NCBI GenBank assembly: GCA_043809315.1
Contig: JAZDDX010000016.1
Coordinates: 32,001-96,000 of the forward strand
DNA: 64,000 nt
Origin: Pseudomonadota bacterium
GTDB taxonomy: Bacteria > Bdellovibrionota_G > JALEGL01 > DATDPG01
Reading direction: 5' to 3'
The notes under the pieces were generated by a model. That model was not told the DNA's origin. It did no database searches and saw only the letters and a list, made by a program, of their open reading frames with translations. The stretch's first letter is position 1; each line of letters starts with the position of its first letter. Below, piece after piece: positions 20,887 to 30,230 of the stretch. Position numbers and translations under genes: made by a program.

Positions 20887-22683
20887 TCACGAGTCCACCT
20901 TGAGGATTGCGAGAAACGCCTCTTGCGGAACATCGACGTTCCCCAGCCGCTTCATCCGTTTCTTCCCTTCCTTTTGTTTTTCCAGAAGCTTCCGCTTCCG
21001 CGTGATGTCGCCGCCGTAGCATTTGGCAGTCACGTTCTTGCGCATCGCCGACATGCTCTCCCGGGCGATGATCTTGTTTCCGATCGCCGCCTGGATCGCC
21101 ACCTCGTACATCTGCTTCGGGATCGCCTCCTTGAGCTTCCGGGCCAGCTCTCGGCCTCGGTAGTAGGCGTTCTCCCGGTGGATGATGATCGAGAGGGCGT
21201 CGATTTTCTTGCCGTTGATCAGGAGGTCGAGCTTGACGACGTTCGCGGGGACGAACCCCTGGAGCTCGTAGTCGAGCGAGGCGTACCCTTTCGAGCTCGA
21301 TTTCAGCTTGTCGTAGAAATCGAGAACAATCTCTGCAAGCGGCAGATCGTACCGGAGGACGATGTGATTCGGGCTTGGGTACTCCATTCCGACCTGTGTC
21401 CCCCGTTTCCCTTCGCAGAGAGCCAGGATCGCCCCGACGAACTCCTGCGGCGTGTGGATCGTGGCCCGGATGATCGGTTCCGCGATCTCGTCGACCTCCT
21501 GCTCGGGAGGGAGGTGATCCGGGTTGTCGATTTCGATCGTCTTTCCGTTCAAAAGCTTCACCTCGTATGCGACCGTCGGTGCCGTCGTGATCAGGTCGAC
21601 GTTGAACTCCCGCTCCAGCCGCTCCTGGATGATCTCCATGTGGAGAAGGCCCAGAAAGCCGCAGCGGAAGCCGAATCCGAGCGCCGAGGAGGTCTCCGGC
21701 TCGAACGTGAACGACGTGTCGTTGAGCCGAAGCTTCTCCAGCGCATCCCGCAGCTCCGAGTAGTTCTGCTCGGCGGTAGGGAAGATCCCGCAGAAGACGG
21801 TCGGCTTCACGATCTTGAACCCCGGAAGAGCTTCCTTTGTCGGCCGGTTCGGCTCGGTGATCGTCTCCCCGATCCGCGTCTCGGAGACCTGTTTCAAGCC
21901 CGCAGCCAGGAACCCGACTTCCCCGGCGGCGAGCTCGTCGATCGCGGTCGGTTTCGGCGTCAAGACCCCGACACGTTCCACCTCGCAATCGCGCCCGGTC
22001 GCCATGAAACGGATCTTCATTCCTTTTTTGATCGTCCCGTCGATGACGCGAACGAGTGAAATCACCCCCAGGTACGAGTCGTACCAACTGTCGAACAGAA
22101 GCGCCTTGAGCGGTTCCGAAACCGACCCCCGGGGGGGCGGGATCCGGGCCACCACTTCCTCCAACACCGCCTCGACGTTGGTCCCCTCCTTAGCGCTGAT
22201 CGAGATCGTCCGAGACGTGTCGAGGCCGATCACGTCGGTGATCTCCTTCTTCACCCGCTCGACGTCGGAGTTCGGAAGGTCGATCTTGTTCAGGACCAGG
22301 ATGATCTCGAGCCCCTGCTCGATCGCTTGGAAGGTGTGTGCGAGGGTCTGAGCCTGAACCCCCTGTGAGGCATCCACGAGAAGGATCGCACCCTCACAGG
22401 CCGCCAGGCTCCTCGACACCTCGTAGGAGAAGTCGACGTGCCCCGGCGTGTCGATCAGGTTGAACTGGTACTCCTGCCCGTCGGACGCGCGGTACTTGAG
22501 GCGGGCGGTCTGCGCCTTGATCGTGATCCCGCGCTCCCGCTCCAGATCCATCCCGTCGAGGTACTGCGCCTCCATGTCCCGCATCGCAACCGCCCCGGTG
22601 ATCTCCAGAAAGCGGTCGGCCAGCGTCGACTTCCCGTGGTCGATGTGCGCGATAATTGAAAAGTTGCGAATGAACTGCGTCAT
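20887..22683 (-). CDS. lepA: elongation factor 4
   Basis: [52 protein letters not shown]. Confidence 0.99.
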   Translation of the reverse strand: MTQFIRNFSIIAHIDHGKSTLADRFLEITGAVAMRDMEAQYLDGMDLERERGITIKAQTARLKYRASDGQEYQFNLIDTPGHVDFSYEVSRSLAACEGAILLVDASQGVQAQTLAHTFQAIEQGLEIILVLNKIDLPNSDVERVKKEITDVIGLDTSRTISISAKEGTNVEAVLEEVVARIPPPRGSVSEPLKALLFDSWYDSYLGVISLVRVIDGTIKKGMKIRFMATGRDCEVERVGVLTPKPTAIDELAAGEVGFLAAGLKQVSETRIGETITEPNRPTKEALPGFKIVKPTVFCGIFPTAEQNYSELRDALEKLRLNDTSFTFEPETSSALGFGFRCGFLGLLHMEIIQERLEREFNVDLITTAPTVAYEVKLLNGKTIEIDNPDHLPPEQEVDEIAEPIIRATIHTPQEFVGAILALCEGKRGTQVGMEYPSPNHIVLRYDLPLAEIVLDFYDKLKSSSKGYASLDYELQGFVPANVVKLDLLINGKKIDALSIIIHRENAYYRGRELARKLKEAIPKQMYEVAIQAAIGNKIIARESMSAMRKNVTAKCYGGDITRKRKLLEKQKEGKKRMKRLGNVDVPQEAFLAILKVDS

Positions 22684-22730
22684 TTGAGCTGGGCCGGGAC
22701 TCTATAGCACAGAGAAGCGAAGGAATCGTG

Positions 22731-23660
22731 TTAGGCGATCCGGAAGTAGTCGATTGTTTTGCGAAGGCCCGCCTCTAGCGACGTCTTCGGCGACCAGCCG
22801 AGGATCTTCTTGGCCCGGGTCAGGTCGGGGCATCGGAGTTTCGGGTCCCCTTCGGGGAACGGTTCGCTGACAAAACCGCTCTTGGAGTTGCAGAGGCGGA
22901 CGATCGTTTCGGCGATCTCCCGAATCGAGGTCTCGCGATCGTTTCCGAGGTTGATCGGATCGGAGGGCCGTTTGTCCACGAATCGCACCAATCCGTCTAC
23001 GAGATCATCGACATAACAGAAGGACCGGGTCTGGGAGCCGTCCCCGTAGATCGTGATCGGCTCCCCTTGGAGGGCCTGGGAGATGAAGTTCGGAACCACC
23101 CGGCCGTCATTGGGACGCATTCGCGGACCGTAGGTGTTGAAGATCCGGACGATCGAGACCGGAAGCTTGTGTTTCCGGCGGTACGCCGCCGTTACCGCTT
23201 CGGAAAAGCGTTTTGATTCGTCGTAGACCGACCGGACTCCGGTCGTACTGACGTTCCCGAGATAGGTCTCTTTTTGCGGGTGCTCCTTCGGGTCGCCATA
23301 CACCTCGCTGGTCGATGCCATGAAGAACCACGCCCCGTGTTTATGGGCGTACTCGATTGCATGGAAGGTCCCGAGGGAGCCGACTTTGAGGATCTCGATC
23401 GCGAGCGGCACGAAATCCCACGGGGAGGCCGGCGACGCGAAGTGAAGAACCCCGTCGACCTTTCCGACGTCGGGGATCTTCTCCGCCACGTCTCCACGGA
23501 TGAATTCGAAGCGGGGCTCTTTCTTGAGCGAGTCGAGGTTGGCGAGCGTTCCCGTTGACAGGTTGTCGACGGCAATGACGTTGTTCTTGCCTCCTAAAAG
23601 GCGTTCGCAGAGATGAGATCCGATGAACCCGGCCCCGCCGGTGACGAGAAAACGGGGCAT
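22731..23660 (-). CDS. UDP-glucuronate decarboxylase-like NAD-dependent epimerase/dehydratase
   Basis: TGGAGFIGSH, HFASPASP, ASTSEVYGDP, YDESKR, RIFNTYGPRM, DGRVVPNF. Confidence 0.9.
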   Translation of the reverse strand: MPRFLVTGGAGFIGSHLCERLLGGKNNVIAVDNLSTGTLANLDSLKKEPRFEFIRGDVAEKIPDVGKVDGVLHFASPASPWDFVPLAIEILKVGSLGTFHAIEYAHKHGAWFFMASTSEVYGDPKEHPQKETYLGNVSTTGVRSVYDESKRFSEAVTAAYRRKHKLPVSIVRIFNTYGPRMRPNDGRVVPNFISQALQGEPITIYGDGSQTRSFCYVDDLVDGLVRFVDKRPSDPINLGNDRETSIREIAETIVRLCNSKSGFVSEPFPEGDPKLRCPDLTRAKKILGWSPKTSLEAGLRKTIDYFRIA

Positions 23661-23830
23661 CAGAACGACATCTGGCCGGGGATCTGATTCCTGTACCGCT
23701 CGAGAATCATGTCGATTCCCTGCCGGATAAACTCGGCGACCGGCACCTTCGTCTTCTTATTGAGCAGCTTCAGCTTCTCATTCTGGTCTTCGGTGATGTA
23801 CACCGTGGTAGATATCTTCTTCCGCGACAT
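23660..23830 (-). CDS. cdbA: ribbon-helix-helix protein, CdbA-like (56 aa, not in ORF track)
   Basis: Hand translation MSRKKISTTVYITEDQNEKLKLLNKKTKVPVAEFIRQGIDMILERYRNQIPGQMSF; stop overlaps the next ATG (TGATG). Confidence 0.8.
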   Translation of the reverse strand: MSRKKISTTVYITEDQNEKLKLLNKKTKVPVAEFIRQGIDMILERYRNQIPGQMSF

Positions 23831-23845
23831 GATCAGGGTCTCAGC

Positions 23846-24316
23846 GTGACACTACGTGCCCATATATATGTTGTCAATTCTCTTATTCTAGCGTCGTTCG
23901 TGCTCCTCGCCTGCACAAAGCCGGCTCCGAAACCGAACCAAGGAAGCTTTTCGATCGACCCCCCCCCCGACTCGGCCTTCGCGAAGATGTCGAAAGTCCT
24001 TCAGCAGCAAGGGTTTTCGATGGATACGTTCGATTCCGCAACTCGGAGCCTGAAGACCACCTCGAAGGCGGTCGACATGGACCGACTCGCTGTAGTCTCA
24101 CGTCTGAAGGACCATCGGGAACGGTACGAGCAGGAGAGGTATTCCTACCTAGTACGGGTGACCGAGGAGGGGAACGGGAGTCGTCTCGAAATTTCAGTCG
24201 AGATCAACGCCGACTACGCTAATCGACAGGATCTGCCAGACAGTTCCGGACTCGGCTCCAAACGGACACTTGCATCGACCGGCGTACTCGAACGCGAACT
24301 TTTCGGAATGTTGTAA
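23846..24316 (+). CDS. putative lipoprotein (start uncertain)
   Basis: Hydrophobic stretch plus lipobox-like LLAC; 5' end overlaps the divergent cdbA promoter. Confidence 0.5.
   Translation: MTLRAHIYVVNSLILASFVLLACTKPAPKPNQGSFSIDPPPDSAFAKMSKVLQQQGFSMDTFDSATRSLKTTSKAVDMDRLAVVSRLKDHRERYEQERYSYLVRVTEEGNGSRLEISVEINADYANRQDLPDSSGLGSKRTLASTGVLERELFGML
23849..23877 (-). promoter_or_regulatory. sigma70 promoter of the cdbA-like gene
   Basis: TTGACA-17 nt-TAGTGT on the minus strand; spacer contains palindrome CATATATATG (23861-23870). Confidence 0.65.
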
Positions 24317-24399
24317 GTATATTCATATAATTGTTTATATATTATAGTTAGTTACGTATATTACTGACAAATATATTACTTTTGTTATGATTAGTTTCG

Positions 24400-25050
24400 T
24401 TGCTCTTCTCTAAAACCGCCTTCGTCGGACTTCTGCTCTTTCCGGTCGTGTTCCTGAGTTCATCGAACGCTTCGGCCGGAGCGGTCTATTCGTACGAAGA
24501 TTCGACAGGAACCGTTCGTTTCAGCGACGAACCTCCCTCCGTCGACAACTACATCGTCCGGTTGGAGAGCGAGATCGTCGCGTTCCGAACCGCGATCCGA
24601 AAATACTCCAAGGCGGAGCTTCGAGACCTGATCGCAAAGCTTTCCCAAGAACTGAACGTCGAGGCACCGCTGGTCGAGGCGGTTGTTAAGGCGGAATCGG
24701 AGTACGACGCGAGTGCCATTTCCAAGAAGGGGGCCCGCGGCCTGATGCAGTTGATGCCGGAGACCGCGCGTTCGTTCGGCGTCGTCGATCCGACCGATCC
24801 GACGGCGAACTTGACGGCGGGCATCGCGCACTTGAAGAAACTCCTGAAACGATTCGACGGAAATATCGACTTCGCGGTGGCAGCCTACAACGCAGGTGAG
24901 GGAGCGATCCGAAAACACCGCGGGGTCCCTCCCTACCCTGAAACCGTTGACTACCTCAGCAAGGTACGGAAGTATCACGCACACTTTGCCGAACTCGCCT
25001 CACGCTCCGCTTCCATTGACCCCGCTCGACCGCGAGTCGTCGCCGAATAG
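24400..25050 (+). CDS. lytic transglycosylase (SLT domain, N-terminal DUF4124-like)
   Basis: Signal peptide; VYSYEDSTGTVRFSDEP; AVVKAES, GARGLMQLMP, AAYNAG, PPYPETVDY. Confidence 0.9.
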   Translation: MLFSKTAFVGLLLFPVVFLSSSNASAGAVYSYEDSTGTVRFSDEPPSVDNYIVRLESEIVAFRTAIRKYSKAELRDLIAKLSQELNVEAPLVEAVVKAESEYDASAISKKGARGLMQLMPETARSFGVVDPTDPTANLTAGIAHLKKLLKRFDGNIDFAVAAYNAGEGAIRKHRGVPPYPETVDYLSKVRKYHAHFAELASRSASIDPARPRVVAE

Positions 25051-25621
25051 TCGCTCGATCTGGAACATCCCCAACGCGTTGACCGCGCTTCGGATCCTTT
25101 CGATCCCATTTTTGATCTACCTCCTCTACGAAACACCGACCACCGGAGATCGTTTTTTGGCCGCCGTTCTCTTCGGCGTCGCCTTCTGGACCGACTTTTT
25201 CGACGGAATGTTGGCCCGGCGGATGAAAAAGATCACGCGCCTGGGAAAAGTCATGGATCCGATGGCGGACAAGCTGATGGTGATCACGGCGCTGATCCTT
25301 TTGACCCATCTGAACGCCGTGAACGTCCTCGTGGTGATCCTGCTCGTCGGGCGCGAGGTGGTGGTGAACGCGCTGCGAGCCTTGGCCAGCGCCGAGGGGA
25401 TCGCGATCGCTCCGTCATTTTCGGGTCGCGCCAAGGTCTTTGCGGAGGGTTTTGGCGTCGCCATCTTGCTGGCAGGTCCGGAGTATCACTGGCTCGGCCT
25501 CCCCTGGACGGCACTGGGAAAGATCCTGATCTATCTCGCCGTCGGGCTCGCCCTCTGGTCGGCCGTCGTCTACTTCCGAAACTACTCTCGCGAGACCCCG
25601 TCGGAATCGTCCGCTTCTTGA
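25016..25621 (+). CDS. pgsA: CDP-diacylglycerol--glycerol-3-phosphate 3-phosphatidyltransferase
   Basis: NIPNALTALRI, TDFFDGMLAR...GKVMDPMADK CDP-alcohol motif; start uncertain. Confidence 0.9.
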   Translation: MTPLDRESSPNSRSIWNIPNALTALRILSIPFLIYLLYETPTTGDRFLAAVLFGVAFWTDFFDGMLARRMKKITRLGKVMDPMADKLMVITALILLTHLNAVNVLVVILLVGREVVVNALRALASAEGIAIAPSFSGRAKVFAEGFGVAILLAGPEYHWLGLPWTALGKILIYLAVGLALWSAVVYFRNYSRETPSESSAS

Positions 25622-25687
25622 TCCCCCCCGAAGCGCCTGCTAACGTCTCTGCCTGTGACGCCCGGGGAAACAGGTTCGAATCCGAGG

Positions 25688-25996
25688 ATGGAACGAGTCC
25701 GGGACCGACTGCTCGAGTTCATGGAGTGGCTGCGGTACGAGCTGACAAAGCTCTTCCAGATCGGACGACTCAAATACGACGCCACTTCGCTCCAGCGGGA
25801 GCGGACGGCCCTCTTCCAGGAGCTTGGGATGAAGGCGGCCGAGTTGGTCAAAAGGGGGGAAGTGACGTCGGAGGAGTTGAAGCTGATCGTCGAGCGGGTC
25901 GACACGCTGACCGCGCGGATCGAGGAACGGCGGACGGAGATGGAAAAGCTCGTCCGCACGCGGACCGACGACGAGCCCCCGGTCGCCCAGAAATGA
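25688..25996 (+). CDS. small coiled-coil hypothetical protein
   Basis: GAGG upstream of ATG; helical, charged composition; native codon usage. Confidence 0.6.
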   Translation: MERVRDRLLEFMEWLRYELTKLFQIGRLKYDATSLQRERTALFQELGMKAAELVKRGEVTSEELKLIVERVDTLTARIEERRTEMEKLVRTRTDDEPPVAQK

Positions 25997-26044
25997 CTGG
26001 TATTTTCCCGCGGTCACGGTAGAAAGCGTCGCTTTTCAGCCGGT

Positions 26045-26120
<76 letters not shown>

Positions 26121-26131
26121 ATTCTCAAATC

Positions 26132-26155
26132 AATTCGGGTCCAGTCGTGTGTCCC
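26132..26155. repeat. REP-like element arm (GGGGACAC family)
   Basis: TTCGGGTCCAGTCGTGTGTCC is the reverse complement (1 mismatch) of 57741-57761. Confidence 0.7.
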
Positions 26156-26159
26156 GATT

Positions 26160-27809
26160 TTAGGCGTGGCCGGTGGTCGGGGAGGTCGGCTTCCCGCGCG
26201 TCTTCCCGAGGTACTCCGCCATCGGGATCTGGTGCCCCGCCTCGACCTTCTCGCGGAAATAAGGACCGGCGTTGTAAGTGCAGAACGGGTAGATCTTCCC
26301 GTCCTGCGTCGAGTAGTGGACCACGCACCGCTTCGCCCGCTCGACGTCGTAGTTGTAATGATCCATGAAATGCATCCCGGCGACGAAGACGGTCGGAAAG
26401 AGCGTCCCCTGCCAGTTTTTCGCACGCGCCACTTCCTTGCTGCGGTATCCGTCGAGGCTCTTCAGGAACCGGTCCCACGTCAGCCCCTTCGGCGCCTTTT
26501 TCGGGTTGAAATGCTTCTTGAGCGCCTGGTACGCCCGGATCTTCGTGTAGGTCTGGAACGACGTCGGTTTCGTCTTCTCCGCCAGTTTGTTCAAGTCGGT
26601 GACAAGCGCCTTGTAGTTCAGGAACTCCGTCATCGCCGTCGCTTTCTGATCTTTGTCGACGAAGAGGAACCCGCCGATCGAGCAGTGCGGATGGCTCGAG
26701 ACCGTCGTCGCGTGCTTCCCGGTGAGCGCGCTCTGGAGCTTCGAAAACGGCGTGATCGAGGAGAGCGCCACCCAATCCCGGTCGACCTTCATGAGACCGT
26801 TCGTCTGGTCCTCTACGTCGTGCGCCAAGTCTCCCAGCGTGTATCTCTGGCGATCCAGCTCTTCTTTCGAGATGCGGCCGGAAAAACAAACCGGCTGGAA
26901 GCTGATCCCGGTCACCACGTCGACGTTCTCCACCGCGAACCGGACGATATCGCCGACCTGGTGGTCGTTCAGTCCCTTGAGGATCGTCGGCACCAAGACC
27001 ACGCGCGCACCGTTCGCCCGCATGTTCTCGATCGCCTTCATCTTCAGTTCCATCAGCGGCGCGCCGCGGGTCTCGCGGTAGATCTCGTCGTCGAACCCGT
27101 CGAACTGCAGATAAAGCGTGTGAAGCCCCGCTTCGACCGTCTTCCGCGTGAACTCGGCGTCGGCGAAGCGGATCCCGTTCGTGGGGCACTGGATGTGCGT
27201 GAACCCCATCTCCTTCGTCTTCTTGATGATGTCGAGGACCCGCGGGTGAATCGTCGGCTCGCCGCCGGCGAACTGGACGAACTGGCACGGCACGGGGCGG
27301 AGGTCACGAAGCTTCTGGAGCATCGTCACCACTTCGTCGTAGCTTGGCTCGAGAACCATCCCGGAGACGTTCGCGTTGGCGTAGCAGACCGGGCACTTCA
27401 AATTGCAGCGATTCGTCAGATCGACCATCCCGATCGCCGTGTGGCTGACGTGCAGGTTGCACATCCCGCAATCGGTCGGACAGGTTTCCGCATTGGTGAC
27501 CGGAGGGTTCGAAAAGCCGCGTTCATCCCCGAACGTCCAGCGTTCGACCTCTTTGAAGAGGTTCGCGTCCCGAAAGACGAAGAAGCTCATCGCACCATGT
27601 TCGGGGCAGACCTTGTCCATCCAGACATCGCCGTTCTTTTCGTTGAGCGTCGCCTCGATGACGCGGGAGCAGGTAGGACAGAGAGAGGTGGTCAGCTTCG
27701 GGAGGCCAGGGGTGATGGCCTTGATCGGCGAGCCGCAGTACGTGCTCAGGGTTGAAGGCTCTTCCTTCCGCCTCGAGGGGAAAAGGGTCCCGAAACTCGG
27801 CAGCTCCAT
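26160..27809 (-). CDS. radical SAM protein, tetraether lipid synthase (Tes/GDGT-MAS, MJ0619) family
   Basis: SLCPTC...CPEHG, CPTDCGMCNLH, NRCNLKCPVC, QFAGGEPT, YLQFDG, SSHPHC, MHFMDHYNYDVERAKRCVVHY...PFCTYN. Confidence 0.85.
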   Translation of the reverse strand: MELPSFGTLFPSRRKEEPSTLSTYCGSPIKAITPGLPKLTTSLCPTCSRVIEATLNEKNGDVWMDKVCPEHGAMSFFVFRDANLFKEVERWTFGDERGFSNPPVTNAETCPTDCGMCNLHVSHTAIGMVDLTNRCNLKCPVCYANANVSGMVLEPSYDEVVTMLQKLRDLRPVPCQFVQFAGGEPTIHPRVLDIIKKTKEMGFTHIQCPTNGIRFADAEFTRKTVEAGLHTLYLQFDGFDDEIYRETRGAPLMELKMKAIENMRANGARVVLVPTILKGLNDHQVGDIVRFAVENVDVVTGISFQPVCFSGRISKEELDRQRYTLGDLAHDVEDQTNGLMKVDRDWVALSSITPFSKLQSALTGKHATTVSSHPHCSIGGFLFVDKDQKATAMTEFLNYKALVTDLNKLAEKTKPTSFQTYTKIRAYQALKKHFNPKKAPKGLTWDRFLKSLDGYRSKEVARAKNWQGTLFPTVFVAGMHFMDHYNYDVERAKRCVVHYSTQDGKIYPFCTYNAGPYFREKVEAGHQIPMAEYLGKTRGKPTSPTTGHA

Positions 27810-27854
27810 AGGCAGGCCCCTATACAGCAAATCGCGTCAATTGGAAAATCGGCC

Positions 27855-28418
27855 TTACCAGTTGAACGAGAGCGAATTGGTGACCTTGTAGTGGCACCGG
27901 CCGTTCCGGTCGGTCCAACCGACAAGGGCTCGGATCAGCTTCTCGCTCGTCGAAAGAGCAGGATTGAGGTTGTCACAGGCCAGTTCCGGAGGGCGGTACG
28001 TTCCGGTCACGTTCCCCCCGCAATAGGTGGGGCTCCCGCCGACGGTCACGCCGGTCGTCGCAGAGGTACAGATCACGATGCTCCGGAAATAGGAGTATGG
28101 CCCGCTCCCAGCTCCCGACTCTTGTCCGATCTTGTTGAGCGGTCCGATCGTATAAACCGATCCGCCGTTCAGGCCGTTGAGGCTGGGAGCGGAAGCGTCC
28201 GTCCCCAGGGCGTTCCAGGCGACGTTCGCGAAATCCTCGATTGCCGATTGGAGCAGGGTGGCAGCCTCGTCCGACCCTTTCGCGACGCGATTCCCCTGCG
28301 CCTGCATCATCGTCATTCCCGCGAAACCGATCAGACCGACGACAAAGATGACCACGCCGACCATTACCTCGATCAGCGTAAACCCCGGATCGGAACGAGG
28401 GGGAAGGGAACGGATCAT
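27855..28418 (-). CDS. type IV minor pilin, PilV-like
   Basis: Class III signal G|FTLIEVMVGVVIFVVGLIG; Cys-containing globular domain. Confidence 0.8.
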   Translation of the reverse strand: MIRSLPPRSDPGFTLIEVMVGVVIFVVGLIGFAGMTMMQAQGNRVAKGSDEAATLLQSAIEDFANVAWNALGTDASAPSLNGLNGGSVYTIGPLNKIGQESGAGSGPYSYFRSIVICTSATTGVTVGGSPTYCGGNVTGTYRPPELACDNLNPALSTSEKLIRALVGWTDRNGRCHYKVTNSLSFNW

Positions 28419-28936
28419 TCGGCTCCGTCCGGTCGTTTGAGAAGCGCGAGGAGTTCCTCCGCCTTCGGTTTGGCCCCCGTCGAATCGTTCCCCGCGATCA
28501 CCGACCTCGCGAGCTCCTGGGCCTGCGTCACCACATTCTCCTCGGTCTCCAGGAAGTGGTTCAACGGCTCCCGCATCGGAAGGAGGTAATCGTACTTCCG
28601 GAATCGGACACGGGCGCTCCGATCCCCCTCCATCCAAGCACTCAGCACGTTCGACAACCCCTGCATCGGCCCCGCGAGCCGATGAGCCATCAGGACCCCG
28701 ATGATGAAAAGAACGATCATCGCCACGAACATGAGCGGCCATTTGATCAGGATCGTGCGGTTCAACTCATCGAGCAGCCAGGGGGCCGACTCCTCCCCGA
28801 ACCAATCGCTCATCGGGGGGACGAAGAGGAGGAACGCGCAGAGGATGATGAAGCCGATCGCAACGAAGACCACTTCGAGGCCGAACCAGATCTGCTGTCT
28901 GGGGTTCACAAAACTCTTACGTCTGCGCCAAATCAT
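28415..28936 (-). CDS. two-TM membrane protein with HAMP-like segment
   Basis: RRKSFVNPRQQ N-terminus, two TM helices, HRLAGP...RFRKYD. Confidence 0.7.
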   Translation of the reverse strand: MIWRRRKSFVNPRQQIWFGLEVVFVAIGFIILCAFLLFVPPMSDWFGEESAPWLLDELNRTILIKWPLMFVAMIVLFIIGVLMAHRLAGPMQGLSNVLSAWMEGDRSARVRFRKYDYLLPMREPLNHFLETEENVVTQAQELARSVIAGNDSTGAKPKAEELLALLKRPDGAE

Positions 28937-28945
28937 GCGACCTCC

Positions 28946-29362
28946 CTAATAAAGTTTCGTATCTACCTTCCGAAGAGAAACCAGCCGGATAATTCCAAAC
29001 ATTTCGGTCGGCTGAAGATCCAAAAAAGCCACTTCCACCCCCGACCCCAGCCACGAGTCTTTCAGCAAATGGAACGACATCGGCCGGAGTTCGAGAAGGT
29101 ACCGGGCGGCCCCCGGACTCCCCTCCAGGTCTTTCAGGCGCCGGAGTTCGAGACGATACGGAGGGGCCGTTTCGTCGCGCGCTTCGCTCACCCGGAGAGT
29201 GATCTTCCGAGTCGTAAGCTTCGCACGAATCTCTTCCACTTGCGACCAGGCACTTTCCGCGGGAGGCAAAAGCACGGGGCCGGTCTTGCTGTAGATGAAG
29301 AGGATGATCGCAAAGAGAACGAACCCCCCCAAGATCCAGGCGACGCCGGGGATATCCCTCAT
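28946..29362 (-). CDS. single-TM hypothetical protein
   Basis: GGAGG upstream, MRDIPGVAWILGGFVLFAIILF; overlaps upstream stop (ATGA). Confidence 0.6.
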   Translation of the reverse strand: MRDIPGVAWILGGFVLFAIILFIYSKTGPVLLPPAESAWSQVEEIRAKLTTRKITLRVSEARDETAPPYRLELRRLKDLEGSPGAARYLLELRPMSFHLLKDSWLGSGVEVAFLDLQPTEMFGIIRLVSLRKVDTKLY

Positions 29363-30183
29363 CTCCCCACCTCCTCCGCGATGACGAGCCAGGGCTCGAA
29401 GAACAGCTCCCCCTCCCGGATCCACCATCTCCCCGGGCGAGGCATCGTCCCCATCCCCGAAAGCGGGAATCGGCGCCGCAAGCGGCAGTCTCCCGATTCG
29501 AAATCGAGCGCCGCGAGAACCGTATCGCGTCCCTTTTCCACGGTGCCGGCCAGACGGAACCGTTCGAATCCGGAGCCGAGCGGCTTCCGCTCGTTCACCG
29601 ACCGGCGTTCGTACAGAATCTTCTGCGTTCCGCTCACCTCTTCCGCATCGAAGAAGACCGGACGGACGCCGACGACGAACGAACCCCCCGGAAAGAGCGT
29701 CGTGATCGAGTTCCCTTCGGGAGCGATCTCGACAAAAATCTGAGCTCTCCCGGCGACCACCCGCCGAACCGTGCCCGACCCCACCACGTTGTCCGAACAG
29801 ACGATGACCTGCTGCCCCGCAGCGAACTCCAGCCCCGTCGGAAGCGGAAGCTGGTTCGGGGAAGGCATGGAACGTACCGTGGGAGCGGCCGCTTCGATTT
29901 CGAGAAGCCGGAAGGCCCCGGTTTTCTCGTCGGTCCCGATCGGCGAAAACCCGGCTTTGAGACAGGGGGCGGCCGAGATCTCCCATCTCCGGAGCTTGGT
30001 TTCGATCTCATCCGCCATCCGGATCCAGCTCCACTTCTTCTCGACACAATCCCTCGATGAAAGAGCGATCACTTTCTTCTGTCGGAGCGTGAAGAACGAC
30101 ACCGTCAGCGCAAACAAAAGGAAGGTCGCCAGAACGATCTCGAGGACCGTCAACCCCCTCTGGGTGGATCTTCTCCCCCTCAT
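29359..30183 (-). CDS. prepilin-type N-terminal protein (PilW-like)
   Basis: QRG|LTVLEIVLATFLLFAL class III signal. Confidence 0.65.
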   Translation of the reverse strand: MRGRRSTQRGLTVLEIVLATFLLFALTVSFFTLRQKKVIALSSRDCVEKKWSWIRMADEIETKLRRWEISAAPCLKAGFSPIGTDEKTGAFRLLEIEAAAPTVRSMPSPNQLPLPTGLEFAAGQQVIVCSDNVVGSGTVRRVVAGRAQIFVEIAPEGNSITTLFPGGSFVVGVRPVFFDAEEVSGTQKILYERRSVNERKPLGSGFERFRLAGTVEKGRDTVLAALDFESGDCRLRRRFPLSGMGTMPRPGRWWIREGELFFEPWLVIAEEVGR

Positions 30184-30230
30184 ACGCAGTCGTTCAAAAG
30201 CGTAATGGAGCCGACCGGAGGTGTATAGTA

